From Ignavibacteriota bacterium (lineage in GTDB: Bacteria > Bacteroidota > Ignavibacteria > UBA10030), in NCBI GenBank assembly GCA_963701295.1, contig OY969585.1, positions 1,760,001 through 1,824,000 of the forward strand: a stretch of 64,000 bases of DNA, in the 5' to 3' direction. A model generated the notes under the pieces. That model was given only the letters and a program-made list of their open reading frames with translations. It searched no databases and was not told the origin of the DNA. Positions 39,756 through 50,351 of the stretch are shown here, in pieces. How positions within the stretch are numbered: the stretch's first letter is position 1; each line of letters starts with the position of its first letter. The position numbers and the translations under genes were made by a program.

Positions 39756-40301
39756 ATGATGCTTTATATTATTGCTATACTATTTGTTATTAACTTTATT
39801 TCATTCCCTATATTTGCGATAATACTTATGCGTCCATCGAAAGTTCCTGCTCGCATAGATAAAGCAACTGGGAATTGGATAATCTACTATGGCTCACGTT
39901 ATAGGAAATTGGCAATAATTTATGTAGTGCAAATTCCGTTTTGTTTGCTTTGTATATTTTATTCGCTTATTGGTTCGTTCAAAATCGATGCTTTTATTTA
40001 TGTCTACCTTCCAGTAGTTATGTGTATTTATAGTGGGATAGGAATGTTTGTTGCTACATTCCGATATCATATAGAACTTACTCAGGATGCTATCATTGAA
40101 AATCGTATAATAATGAAACCTAGAACTATAATTTGGAATGATGTTAAAAGTATCTTAAACATAGGCTACTCTATTCGTATAACCTCTGTTGATGGACAAA
40201 TAATTCGCATTTCTAAATTAATGAATGGGTGCTCAACTTTTATTGATGTAATAAAAACAAAATTACCTCAATCAATAATCAAAACTATAAAAATTCTCTG
40301 A
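39756..40301 (+). CDS. Cassette 4: membrane protein, possible bacterial PH-like C-terminal domain
   Basis: Three hydrophobic segments, then IELTQDAI...RTIIWNDVKSI. Confidence 0.7.
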   Translation: MMLYIIAILFVINFISFPIFAIILMRPSKVPARIDKATGNWIIYYGSRYRKLAIIYVVQIPFCLLCIFYSLIGSFKIDAFIYVYLPVVMCIYSGIGMFVATFRYHIELTQDAIIENRIIMKPRTIIWNDVKSILNIGYSIRITSVDGQIIRISKLMNGCSTFIDVIKTKLPQSIIKTIKIL

Positions 40302-40307
40302 TTTGCG

Positions 40308-40464
40308 CCCTAACCAGGCGCTCAAGCTGACGGAATGAGCTGGGTGCAATTTACATGGCGAGCAATGTATTTGTTCTTAATAATTCAGTTGGTAGCGTGA
40401 ACTCGTTTCGTTTTGTGCAACTTGATAATTATCAGCGCCGCAGCTTAGCGCCGGTCCGTTAGAA
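40308..40464 (+). repeat. attC site 4 (157 bp)
   Basis: CCCTAAC cag GCGCTCAAGCTGACGG...CCGCAGCTTAGCGC..GTTAGAA. Confidence 0.92.
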
Positions 40465-40553
40465 CGCACAAAGAACCAATATCTTTTGTACGTATCTATC
40501 GGCAATATATTCGCTTTGTAACAGTCATGCTACCAGATTGAAAGTGATGAGTA

Positions 40554-42956
40554 ATGAAATACCAAAACATAAGAGAAGAAGAACTAAAAAATAAAGTAGC
40601 TCAGGATTATTTTTGGCTTTACGACTGCTCCAAAATTATTGGCAATGTTGATTTTTGCGTTTGTATGATTGAAAGCAATAAGAAATTATTTGAACAAGAA
40701 TCATTATTGTGGGCAGAAGCAAAAAAAGGTTCTTCGGATATTTATAATTCTATTGTTCAACTGATATTAACCATCGGCAAGGCGCGGACTTTTGATAAAT
40801 ATCTCCCGCCTTCGATGTTGGGTGCTTTCGATTGTGAGAAAATAGCCTTCATTCCGTACAATGAAATATATGATGTGTTTTATTTAAACGACTTTAATTG
40901 GAATGTTACACCCTCAAACTATGAATCAAGAGAGTTCAAATTAATTCACAATAAAGTCAAGACCATCATCGATACAAAAACCCTGCTTTATTATTTTGAA
41001 GATGATGACAGAGACTTAAAGAGGTTTATTAAAAGCAATTTTATTGTTGGCAAGTTTGGTTTAACAAAAATCAAAATTGACAAGAACAATTTTATGGTGA
41101 TTTACAACAAGTGGTTACAAGCCGTAAAGCCGACCATTGCAGTAAATTGGGACATTGCAAAAAAGAGTGGAATTATTGATGGAGATTTTTACTTAGCCGA
41201 TTTACTTTCACAGGAAAACAATACTCTAAAAGAAAAATTATTTGTTTTACTAAGACATGATCATTATGAACTTGATAGAAAATTTGATGAGTCAGGAATG
41301 TTTAGCAGTAAGCGCACCGACTTTTCTGACAAGCAGGTGGCGCACACACAATTTTGGAATAAATACGAGAGACCGCCAAAAGAAGAATATTGGGACTACA
41401 TTGTAGAGCGTAGAGATTTACTCGTTCCTCAAGATGTTAGAGAAAGAAAAGGAAGCTTTTTTACTCCTCAAAATTGGGTAGAACTTTCTCAAAAATATCT
41501 GACAGATGCTTTAGGCGAAGATTGGCAAGATGAATATTATGTTTGGGATTGTGCAGCGGGAACAGGGAATCTAATTCATGGTCTTACAAACAAATATAAT
41601 TTATGGGCTTCTACATTAGATAAGCAAGATGTTGAAGTAATGCATGACAGAATAAAGAACGGTGCGAACCTATTAGACGATCATGTGTTTCAATTTGATT
41701 TTCTAAATGATGATTTTGCAAAACTCCCGAAATCACTGCAAAATATAATAAAGAACCCTGCGAAACGAAAAAAAATTGTTGTTTATATTAACCCGCCATA
41801 TGCTGAGGTGTCTAGTATAGGGAAAAAAGGAAAAGCAGGTGTGAATCAATCGAAGGCACATGATAAATATTCTGATAAAGTCGGAACAGCAGGCAGAGAA
41901 GTTGCCATAATATTTCTTGCTAGAATTTATGACGAATTAAATGGTTGTTTAATTGCTGAGTTTTCAAAGTTGAAAGCATTACAAGGTTCGGCGTTTAATG
42001 ATTTTCGCAATTATTTCAAAGCCGAACTACTCAAATCGTTTGTTGTTCCTGCTTGGACATTTGATAATGTCAAAGGAAAATTTCCAATAGGATTCAAAGT
42101 ATGGAATACGGATAACAAAATACCGTTTAAAAGAACACGCTCAGATGTTTACAATGACAATGGTGAATTAATTGGCAAAAAAACATTTTCAGTAATTGAA
42201 AAAAGTAACTTTATAAATAAATGGATAAGCCAGTACAAGGTCAAGAATAATTTTATAGGTTTTTTAGCTGGAACAAATGGAAACGACTTCCAACAAAATG
42301 GAATCGTTTACATCCTAAATAAAAAAGAGCAGATGGCTAATCCGCGTGGTATATGGATTAATGCAAATAATCTTATTCCTGTTTCAATTTACTATGCAGT
42401 TAGAAGATGCATGGAACAAACATGGCTTAATGATAGAGACCAATTCTTATTTCCACAAAAAGGATGGGAAAACGATAAAGAGTTTCAGAATGATTGTCTT
42501 ATGTTCACTCTATTTAACACTCATATTCGATCACAATATGGAGTAAATAATTGGATTCCTTTTACCGAGCAAGAAGTCAATGCCAGGGAGAATTTCGATA
42601 GTAATTTTATGAGCCAATATATAAATGGCAAATTAAAAAATGAACAACATGGCGACTTGTTTGGTTCACAAAAACAGAGTCTAACACCCCTATCGTTTTC
42701 TTCAGAAGCGAATGAAGTGTTTAATGCCGCCCGCAAATTATGGAAATACTATCATCATCAACCGTATTGTAATGTAAATGCTTCCTTGTATGACATTAGA
42801 GAACATTTTCAAGGTCGAAACGATGATGGGAAAATGAATAATAAAAGTATTGATGAAACTTATATGAAACTCATCACTGGCTTGCGAGATAAATTGAAAC
42901 AACTTGCCATGAAGATAGAACCCAAAGTGTATGAGCATGGATTCTTAAAAGTATGA
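40554..42956 (+). CDS. Cassette 5: fused endonuclease/N6-adenine methyltransferase (type IIG-like restriction-modification protein)
   Basis: N-terminal E..VDF...WAEAK PD-(D/E)xK-like motif; KGSFFTP, VWDCAAGTGNL (SAM binding), YINPPY (catalytic). Confidence 0.75.
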   Translation: MKYQNIREEELKNKVAQDYFWLYDCSKIIGNVDFCVCMIESNKKLFEQESLLWAEAKKGSSDIYNSIVQLILTIGKARTFDKYLPPSMLGAFDCEKIAFIPYNEIYDVFYLNDFNWNVTPSNYESREFKLIHNKVKTIIDTKTLLYYFEDDDRDLKRFIKSNFIVGKFGLTKIKIDKNNFMVIYNKWLQAVKPTIAVNWDIAKKSGIIDGDFYLADLLSQENNTLKEKLFVLLRHDHYELDRKFDESGMFSSKRTDFSDKQVAHTQFWNKYERPPKEEYWDYIVERRDLLVPQDVRERKGSFFTPQNWVELSQKYLTDALGEDWQDEYYVWDCAAGTGNLIHGLTNKYNLWASTLDKQDVEVMHDRIKNGANLLDDHVFQFDFLNDDFAKLPKSLQNIIKNPAKRKKIVVYINPPYAEVSSIGKKGKAGVNQSKAHDKYSDKVGTAGREVAIIFLARIYDELNGCLIAEFSKLKALQGSAFNDFRNYFKAELLKSFVVPAWTFDNVKGKFPIGFKVWNTDNKIPFKRTRSDVYNDNGELIGKKTFSVIEKSNFINKWISQYKVKNNFIGFLAGTNGNDFQQNGIVYILNKKEQMANPRGIWINANNLIPVSIYYAVRRCMEQTWLNDRDQFLFPQKGWENDKEFQNDCLMFTLFNTHIRSQYGVNNWIPFTEQEVNARENFDSNFMSQYINGKLKNEQHGDLFGSQKQSLTPLSFSSEANEVFNAARKLWKYYHHQPYCNVNASLYDIREHFQGRNDDGKMNNKSIDETYMKLITGLRDKLKQLAMKIEPKVYEHGFLKV

Positions 42957-43036
42957 TTCATATCAGTTGAAAATAATTTCACACGAGTTATAGCGAATAT
43001 AAATATCAAATCAGACAAGAAAAAATACTTTGTGCG

Positions 43037-43185
43037 TTCTAACCAGGCGCTCAAGCTGACGGAATGAGCGCGGGTACAAAAGTCCGCGCGAAGAAGGTAA
43101 GGTTTAAAATTAGAAATGGGTTCGGCGCGAGGAAGGTACAATTGGAAGGTCTTAAGTACCGCAGCTTAGCGCCCATCCGTTAGGC
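43037..43185 (+). repeat. attC site 5 (149 bp)
   Basis: TTCTAAC cag GCGCTCAAGCTGACGG...CCGCAGCTTAGCGC ccatcc GTTAGGC; different central sequence. Confidence 0.92.
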
Positions 43186-43273
43186 AACACGAAATAGCAT
43201 TTACAAATATTGCATTAGCTTAACTTATATTGATGATACAGATTATTTAATGTAACCTTAAAAATACACTTCG

Positions 43274-43879
43274 ATGAAATATCTTCTGATAATTGGGATG
43301 ACTCTTGGCATTGCAGCAGTTTGGATGTTTTACAATAAACCTGAACTCGAAAAGTTTAATTATTCGATAACATTTCCCTGGAAAGTTGAAAATAAAAATA
43401 TATTAGATTGCAGTATTGAGATAAATTCTGAGAATTCAGAACTGTATGTGAACGATAATATTTATTTTAGAGTTAAAATATTCAATTATAATTCTGACCT
43501 ATTTATAAGACAACTTAAGGATAGAAATATATTATTTACAATGAGTGGATTGGAACCGACAGAACATATTGATTTAATTTATAATCAAGATGAAAATATT
43601 TTTAAAGGCAGCGGTTTCCTTAAATTTAAATTTGCAGGTAATTATTCATTTCAAACTGGTTATGATTCTAATGATAAAATTACTCCATCATTAGGATTAT
43701 TTTCATCTAATCTAACTATTCCAATATTACCAACTCTTCAGAAATATCAAGTTGAATTAAACGATAGATTATTTTTTCAGAGTAAATTAATTCTGGTTTT
43801 GACAATTGTTACACTTACTTTAACTTTGATGCAATTATTTAATATGAGAAACAAAGCTAATAAACGCGATAAAGCATAA
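43274..43879 (+). CDS. Cassette 6: hypothetical protein, hydrophobic at both termini
   Basis: 201-aa, very AT-rich ORF between attC sites. Confidence 0.65.
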   Translation: MKYLLIIGMTLGIAAVWMFYNKPELEKFNYSITFPWKVENKNILDCSIEINSENSELYVNDNIYFRVKIFNYNSDLFIRQLKDRNILFTMSGLEPTEHIDLIYNQDENIFKGSGFLKFKFAGNYSFQTGYDSNDKITPSLGLFSSNLTIPILPTLQKYQVELNDRLFFQSKLILVLTIVTLTLTLMQLFNMRNKANKRDKA

Positions 43880-44012
43880 GGGTTTCGGATGTATCCAGTC
43901 TCTATTTACTGTATTATGGATTTTAAATAATGGATATAAACGCAACTCGACTCCCATTTACTTTTCATGATGCAGACAGCATATTTGTAATTGTAATATT
44001 CTACACTGTGTT

Positions 44013-44171
44013 GCCTAACCAGCAACTCAAGCTGACGGAATGAGCGTTGGTACGTTAAGCATGGCGAATAGAGGTTCAGATGTTTAATAATAAACTTTTC
44101 AGCATGAACTTGTTTCGTTTTCAGCAACTTGCGGGTTATCGTTGCCGCAGCTTAGTTGCAATCCGTTAGGT
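44013..44171 (+). repeat. attC site 6 (159 bp)
   Basis: GCCTAAC ca GCAACTCAAGCTGACGG...CCGCAGCTTAGTTGC..GTTAGGT. Confidence 0.92.
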
Positions 44172-44210
44172 GCAATTGATTTTACAATTTTTTAAAAAGG
44201 AGGAGACCTT

Positions 44211-46286
44211 ATGAAGAAAATATTATTTGTGATTAATAGTTTAATACTTTTGTCAACGACAACTTTCTCTCAATGGGTTCAAACCAATGTGCCTGGAGGT
44301 GGATTTATTACATCTTTCGCATACATTGATGCAAATATTTTTGCCGGAACAATTGAATCAGGTATTTTCCTTTCTACAAATGGAGGGACAGATTGGGTGC
44401 CTGTAAATTCGGGATTGAATAATCTTTATATTCGTGGGCTTGCAGCTAATGGAAAAAATCTTTTTGCCAGTACTTGGCAGGGTATGTTTCTTTCTACGGA
44501 TAATGGCAAAAACTGGACATCCATTAATACAGGGTTAACGCCAGGGGTGTTTTGGACTCCTTTCGCGAGTGATACAAATATTTTTCTTACGACTCTTGAC
44601 GAAGGAGTTTTCTTGTCAACTAATAATGGCGCAAGTTGGACTACGGTCAATACGGGATTAACCAATTTACGTATTAATGCTTTTACTAAGAAGGATTCAA
44701 ATCTTTTTGCAGGCACAGACGGGGGTCTATTTCGTACTACAAATAATGGCACGAGTTGGGTTCAACTCGATATGGGATTAACAAATACCGGTATTAATGC
44801 TCTTATGGCAATTGGTTCGAATCTTTATGCCGGAACCAGCAATGGAGATATTGTTTTTTCTACTAATAATGGTGCGACCTGGAATAAAAGCATCATTGAG
44901 CCATATACACATGTTCATACTTTTGCAGTTCGTCTCAGTGGAACAGGAGACACCATACTATTTGCAGGTACAAATGGGAACGGGGTTTTAAAATCCACAA
45001 ATAACGGCGCAAGCTGGACGAGAATAAATACAGGATTATCAGCTACAGATGTATCCGCTTTATTAGAGTTTGGAACAAGCCTCTTGGCAGGAACGGAAGT
45101 TGGTGTTTTTCGCACTGACAACGATGGCGCAAATTGGAATGAAAGCGACTCTGGCTTATCGGCAACGGAAGTCCATACGTTTTATACAAAGGGTTCAAAT
45201 ATTTACGCCGCTACTTGGTCGAGCGGAGTATTTGTTTCCACCAATGATGGTTCGAATTGGACACGCCTAAACGCTGGAAGAAATCTATACAATATTTCAT
45301 CACTTGTCGTAAGCGATTCGAATATCTTCGTTGGAACTTTAGGCGATGGTATATTTATTTCCTCCGATAACGGTGCTACATGGTCAAATCCAGGATTGAC
45401 ATTTATTTATACTCTTGCTATTTCCGGTTCATACATTTTTGCTGGGACAACTAGCGGTGTCTTTCTTTCCACCGACAATGGTGGTAGTTGGAATGCGTCC
45501 AATAATGGATTAACAAATATGCAAGTATGGAAATTAACAGCATACAATAATAATATTTATGCCGGGACCGACAGTGGCGGTGTTTTTGTTTCGAGCAATA
45601 ATGGTTTAAGTTGGACGTCTCTTGGGGTAGTATCGCCGAATTATTACGTGAACTCGATAGTAGTTCGTGATACAAATATATTTGCAGGAATTTATAGAGG
45701 TGGTGTTTCCCTTTCTACGAACAATGGCACAAGTTGGAATACCGTTAATACCGGCTTGACTGATTTGAATATTTTTGACCTTGCTGTCAGCGGTAAAAAT
45801 ATATTTGCCGGAACTCAGTTGGGAGGGATTTTCCTTTCAACTGATAATGGAACTAGTTGGGCTTCTGTAAATTCCGGATTGGCAAATTCTCCAGTATATG
45901 CTCTTATGGTGATTGATGGAGACCTCTTTGCTGGAACTAGTGGATCTACTGGATCCGTTTGGAAACGGTCTCTCTCTGAGATGATTACCACTGAAGTGAA
46001 AGATAATCTTAATAAGGTTCCTACTCGTTTTGCTCTTGAACAAAATTATCCGAACCCATTCAATCCGAGTACGACTATCTCATTTAGTCTCCCATCAAAA
46101 TCTTTTGTGATGCTGAAAGTATTTGATATTATGGGTAGAGAAGTCACAACTCTTATCAATAAAGAGTTATCTGCTGGAAATTATAATCAGGAATGGAATG
46201 CGATAAATATGTCAAGTGGAATTTATTTTTATCGATTGCAAGCCGGAGCGTTTGCTGAAACAAAAAAACTTGTTCTACTGAAATAA
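44211..46286 (+). CDS. Cassette 7: T9SS-sorted BNR/Asp-box beta-propeller protein
   Basis: Signal peptide, many FAGT..GVFLSTNNGxSW repeats, LEQNYPNPFNPST...KKLVLLK. Confidence 0.9.
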   Translation: MKKILFVINSLILLSTTTFSQWVQTNVPGGGFITSFAYIDANIFAGTIESGIFLSTNGGTDWVPVNSGLNNLYIRGLAANGKNLFASTWQGMFLSTDNGKNWTSINTGLTPGVFWTPFASDTNIFLTTLDEGVFLSTNNGASWTTVNTGLTNLRINAFTKKDSNLFAGTDGGLFRTTNNGTSWVQLDMGLTNTGINALMAIGSNLYAGTSNGDIVFSTNNGATWNKSIIEPYTHVHTFAVRLSGTGDTILFAGTNGNGVLKSTNNGASWTRINTGLSATDVSALLEFGTSLLAGTEVGVFRTDNDGANWNESDSGLSATEVHTFYTKGSNIYAATWSSGVFVSTNDGSNWTRLNAGRNLYNISSLVVSDSNIFVGTLGDGIFISSDNGATWSNPGLTFIYTLAISGSYIFAGTTSGVFLSTDNGGSWNASNNGLTNMQVWKLTAYNNNIYAGTDSGGVFVSSNNGLSWTSLGVVSPNYYVNSIVVRDTNIFAGIYRGGVSLSTNNGTSWNTVNTGLTDLNIFDLAVSGKNIFAGTQLGGIFLSTDNGTSWASVNSGLANSPVYALMVIDGDLFAGTSGSTGSVWKRSLSEMITTEVKDNLNKVPTRFALEQNYPNPFNPSTTISFSLPSKSFVMLKVFDIMGREVTTLINKELSAGNYNQEWNAINMSSGIYFYRLQAGAFAETKKLVLLK

Positions 46287-46295
46287 TGCAATTGC

Positions 46296-46426
46296 ACCTA
46301 ACCAGGCGCTCAAGCTGACGGAATAAGCTGAGTGCTATTTACATTGCGTTTATAAATAATGAACTCTCTTTGTTGGCAGTAAGTTGAGGTTTCCGTCCGC
46401 CGCAGCTTAGTTGCCATCCGTTAGGC
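46296..46426 (+). repeat. attC site 7 (131 bp)
   Basis: ACCTAAC cag GCGCTCAAGCTGACGG...CCGCAGCTTAGTTGC..GTTAGGC. Confidence 0.9.
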
Positions 46427-46438
46427 GGTCAACACTCC

Positions 46439-47038
46439 ATGCAAAATTCTGAATTCGATATTGCTTTTGAGATCATCCGGAACTCCTCTCACAACAATGT
46501 GTATTTGGTTGGGATCGATGGTTTAGGAGGATCTGGGAAGAGTACGTTGGCAGAAAGAATTCGCCAACACCTAGAGACCGCACAATTAACCGTAACTATA
46601 GTTCACAATGATGATTTCTATTTGCCCTCTGCGATTCGGAGTAAACTTTCGCCACAACTCAAGCCCATTGGCGCTGACTTTGATTGGATACGTCTCCGCG
46701 ATCAAGTTCTTGTGCCATTACGCTCAAATCAGATCGCAGACTATGTCAGGTATGATTGGCCATCGGATCGATTAGCTGAGTGTCATAAAATCCAACCATA
46801 TGGAATTGTACTTATCGAAGGCGTTTATTCCACACGTGCAGAACTTCGTGATCTGTACGATTATCGCGTTTGGGTAGACTGTCCAAGTGAGTTACGTCTC
46901 AGTAGAGGGGTCGCTCGTGATAGAACTGTTGCTCTTTCTCTTTGGGTGGACGAATGGATGCCGGTGGAAGAACGATATTACAACGAGCATCGTCCTGATA
47001 CCTTTGCTCATGTTATGGTAAACAGTGCTGCCGCCTAA
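46439..47038 (+). CDS. Cassette 8: uridine kinase-like P-loop kinase
   Basis: GIDGLGGSGKST, HNDDFY, FDWIRL, YDW, IEGVYS; its stop codon lies inside the attC inverse core (GCCTAAC). Confidence 0.85.
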   Translation: MQNSEFDIAFEIIRNSSHNNVYLVGIDGLGGSGKSTLAERIRQHLETAQLTVTIVHNDDFYLPSAIRSKLSPQLKPIGADFDWIRLRDQVLVPLRSNQIADYVRYDWPSDRLAECHKIQPYGIVLIEGVYSTRAELRDLYDYRVWVDCPSELRLSRGVARDRTVALSLWVDEWMPVEERYYNEHRPDTFAHVMVNSAAA

Positions 47039-47186
47039 CAAGGCGCTCAAGCTGACGGAATGAGCTCACTGCAATTTGCATGGCGAGCAGAGGTCGGTAC
47101 AAAATGGAAAGAACCAGCATGAACTTGTTTCGTTTTGTGTATATTGAAAATTATCAGTGTGGCAGCTTAGTGCCCATCCGTTAGGC
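47033..47186 (+). repeat. attC site 8 (154 bp)
   Basis: GCCTAAC aag GCGCTCAAGCTGACGG...GGCAGCTTAGTGC ccatcc GTTAGGC. Confidence 0.9.
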
Positions 47187-47227
47187 GCAATTGATTTTTA
47201 CAATTAGTAAAATACAGAGGAGGTGTT

Positions 47228-49331
47228 ATGAAAAACATTTTATTTATTGTTGCTATTTTATTGCTTTTATCAGCGGAATCTTTTTCTCAATGGGTTCAAA
47301 CCACCGCGCCGGGAGGCGGATATATCACATCGTTCGCTTACAACGGCACAAATATTTTTGTCGGAACATATGAAGCCGGTATTTTCCTTTCTACGAATAA
47401 TGGTACAGATTGGACGCCTGTAACTTCGGGAGTGCTTTATCCCGGTATTCGCGCACTTGCAACTATTGGAACAAATCTTTTTGCTGGTACCTGGGGCGGT
47501 ATGTATCTTACTGTGGATAGCGGCAAAAACTGGACATCCATTAATGCAGGATTAACGACAGGTGCGATCTGGGCACTTATAGCGAGTGGTACAAACCTTT
47601 TTGCTGGGACTGATGATAAAGGAGTCTTTCTGTCTACTAATAACGGCACAAGTTGGACTGAGGTCAGCACGGGATTGACAAATTTACGTGTTAGGTCTTT
47701 TGCTCTCAAGGATACAAATCTTTTTGCAGGCACAGACGCGGGCGTCTTTCGTTTTACCAATAATGGCACGAGCTGGACTGAAGTCAACACAGGATTGACG
47801 CATACGTATATTACAGCTCTTATTGCAAGCGGAACGAATCTTTTTGCCGGTACCAGTTCCGGAGATTTTTGTATTTCTACGGATAATGGAGATACGTGGA
47901 ACACCACCAACTTCATGGATCCATATTATTATGCTATAACTTCCTTTGCAGTTCATACAAATGGTACTGGCGATACACTACTCTTTGCCGGTGATGCGGG
48001 AGGCCATGGGGTTTTTCTCTCCACAAACAATGGTGCAAGCTGGGCCAAAGTCAGGTACTGGGTTAACTGCCATTTCTGTATTTGCGTTAATGGAATATGG
48101 AACAAGCCTCTTTGCGGGAACGGAAATCGGAGTTTTTCTCACGAACGATAATGGCGCAAATTGGAATGAACGAGACTCTGGCCTGTCAGCAACGGAAGTC
48201 CATGCATTTGGTACAAAAGGCTCAACTCTTTATACTGCTACATGGAATAACGGAATTTTCGTTTCCATAAACGATGGATTGAATTGGACGCATGTCAATA
48301 CCGGAATGAACATATACAGTATTTCATCACTTGCATTAAGTGGTTCAAATATCTTTGTTGGATCTTGGGGTGAAGGTTTCTTTATTTCTACCGATGATGG
48401 TAGCACATGGTCAAATAGCAATAGAGGACTGACTGATAGAAATATTCAAACTCTTGCACTCTCTGGATCAAATCTATTCGTAGGGACCCAAAGTGACGGT
48501 ATTTTCATGTCCTCAGACAATGGTCTAAGCTGGAATGCTGTCAATAACGGATTATCAAATTTGGATGTGTTTAGCTTAACAGTATTCAATACCAATATAT
48601 ATGCCGGGGCGAACAATGGCGAGGTTTTTGTTTCGAACAATAATGGTTCAAGTTGGACATCCCTTGGTGTTTTAGCACCGAATTATCAAGTGCGGTCTAT
48701 TCTCATTTCCGATACAAATATTTTTGCCGGAACTCTAGGCAAAGGTGTTTTTCTTTCTACAAACAACGGCACAAGCTGGAATGCTGTTAGTACCGGTTTG
48801 GTCGATTCGAATGTTTTTGTTCTTGCTGTCAGCGGTAAAAATTTATTTGCAGGAACCTGGCTCGGGGGTGTTTTTCTTTCTACGAACAATGGAACTAGTT
48901 GGGCTTCTGTAAATACTGGATGGCCTAATACTCCGGTATATGCTCTTAAAATCCTTGATGGAAATCTCTTTGCTGGAACAAGTTGTGGAGCAAGTAGCGG
49001 AGCTATTTGGAAACGACCTATCTCTGAGATGATTACATCTGTCGGGCAAGCGTCTTCTCAGCTACCAAAGATTTATAACCTTCAACAGAACTATCCGAAT
49101 CCGTTCAATCCAAGCACATCAATTTCATTTAGTCTACCATCAAAATCTTTTGTCACGCTAAAAGTATTTGATATTATGGGTAGAGAAGTTGCAACAATTG
49201 TCTCTGAAGAAATGTCGGCAGGAAGTTACTCGAGACAATGGAATGCGGCAAATATGTCAAGCGGAGTATATTTCTATAGAATACAAACGGGCCTATTTAC
49301 CGAAACAAAAAAATTACTATTGCTTAGATAA
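47228..49331 (+). CDS. Cassette 9: T9SS-sorted BNR beta-propeller protein, paralog of cassette 7, with one apparent +1 frameshift at ~48054
   Basis: ORFs 47228-48151 and 47946-49331 are colinear with 44211-46286. Removing one G from CAGGTACT restores WAKVSTGLT. Confidence 0.85.
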
Positions 49332-49340
49332 TACAATTAC

Positions 49341-49356
49341 GCCTAACCAGGCGCTC
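49341..49356 (+). repeat. Truncated attC site 9 (left arm only)
   Basis: GCCTAACCAGGCGCTC then abrupt loss of similarity. Confidence 0.8.
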
Positions 49357-49383
49357 CATATATATAAGAAAAGTTTTTTATTT

Positions 49384-49992
49384 ATGACTTCCAACGACAG
49401 CAAAAAAGATATTGAAAGTTTCAACCGCTGGTCTCGCACTTATGACAACTCTTGGATTCAACGATATGCCATTCGCGTGCATGCAGAAATGCTCGATGTT
49501 GTTACCCACGAAATTGCTACGCCGAAGGCCGTCCTTGATATCGGATGTGGGACTGGGCAGCTGTTGCACAAAGCTCGTGCGCTTTACCCGTCGGCGCAAT
49601 TATTTGGTATTGACTCAGCGGAAGGCATGGTTGAACTCGCTCGTGGTCGGATACCATCTGCCACAATTTATTTGGGCGCGGCAGAGTCTTTGCCGCTGTC
49701 TGATTCCTCCGTCGATGTCGTGTTAAGTAGCATTTCATTTCATCATTGGAGTGACCAATTTGCAGCGCTCCGAGAGATAAGTCGTGTTCTTTGTCAAGGG
49801 GGCTGCTTCTGCTTGGCTGATATATCCATGCCAGTATGGCTCGCGAAATTCATTCAACATATCAAGGTAAAGAGTCCCGTAGCGACGAGTCAATTCTTCG
49901 AAGAAGCAGGATTGCAAGTTAAAATTCAGCATCGTACCTTCACACGCTTTGTTTGGTTAACTCTTGGTGTCAAGGGATCGAGAAATGTTTGA
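49384..49992 (+). CDS. Cassette 10: class I SAM-dependent methyltransferase
   Basis: VLDIGCGTG, GIDSAEGM, AESLPLSDSSVD, SFHHW. Start set at ATG 49384; the ORF-track extension overlaps the previous gene. Confidence 0.9.
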   Translation: MTSNDSKKDIESFNRWSRTYDNSWIQRYAIRVHAEMLDVVTHEIATPKAVLDIGCGTGQLLHKARALYPSAQLFGIDSAEGMVELARGRIPSATIYLGAAESLPLSDSSVDVVLSSISFHHWSDQFAALREISRVLCQGGCFCLADISMPVWLAKFIQHIKVKSPVATSQFFEEAGLQVKIQHRTFTRFVWLTLGVKGSRNV

Positions 49993-50039
49993 TTATCATC
50001 GGACATATCTGACAAATACATATTGGACTTAATGCTGCT

Positions 50040-50226
50040 GCCTAACCATTTTAAAAAGGAAAGAGTCAAGTACATAATATACTCCCGATGCATCCCGCAA
50101 AATCGGAAAGGGAATGAACTTGATTCGTTTTCAACAATTTGAAAGTTACTAGCGCGGCGGTCCCGCTGTACGGGATCCTCAATTTGATCTTCGATCAAAT
50201 CGGGACTTAGTGCTGATCCGTTAGGC
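50040..50226 (+). repeat. Degenerate attC site 10 with inserted palindromes
   Basis: GCCTAAC at 50040; TGAACTTG..TTCGTTT..TTGAAAGTTACTAGCGCGGC remnant; CTTAGTGC..TCCGTTAGGC at the right end. Confidence 0.65.
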
Positions 50227-50351
50227 CGCCTCAAGAAAATATCTTACCGTGTTAAAGGAATGATACCGCTCGAAACACGCTTGAGAATGCAAATGTTGAA
50301 TAAGAAATAGTTGTTCAACACGTTATTCTCGGTATTTTCCAATTCATCCAG

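Noticed and set aside
40554-42956. Cassette methyltransferase as the source of the inferred GTAC modification
   Set aside because: Fused type IIG-like enzymes usually recognise longer asymmetric sites, and nothing in the sequence links it to GTAC.
42860-44127. Short minus-strand ORFs overlapping attC sites (42860-43141, 43906-44127)
   Set aside because: They are antisense read-throughs of attC sequence with no protein-like features.
37602-47186. CRISPR array or REP/terminator interpretation of the intergenic repeats
   Set aside because: The repeats are 130-160 bp, separated by whole genes, carry attC core sites and extrahelical bases, and no cas genes are present.
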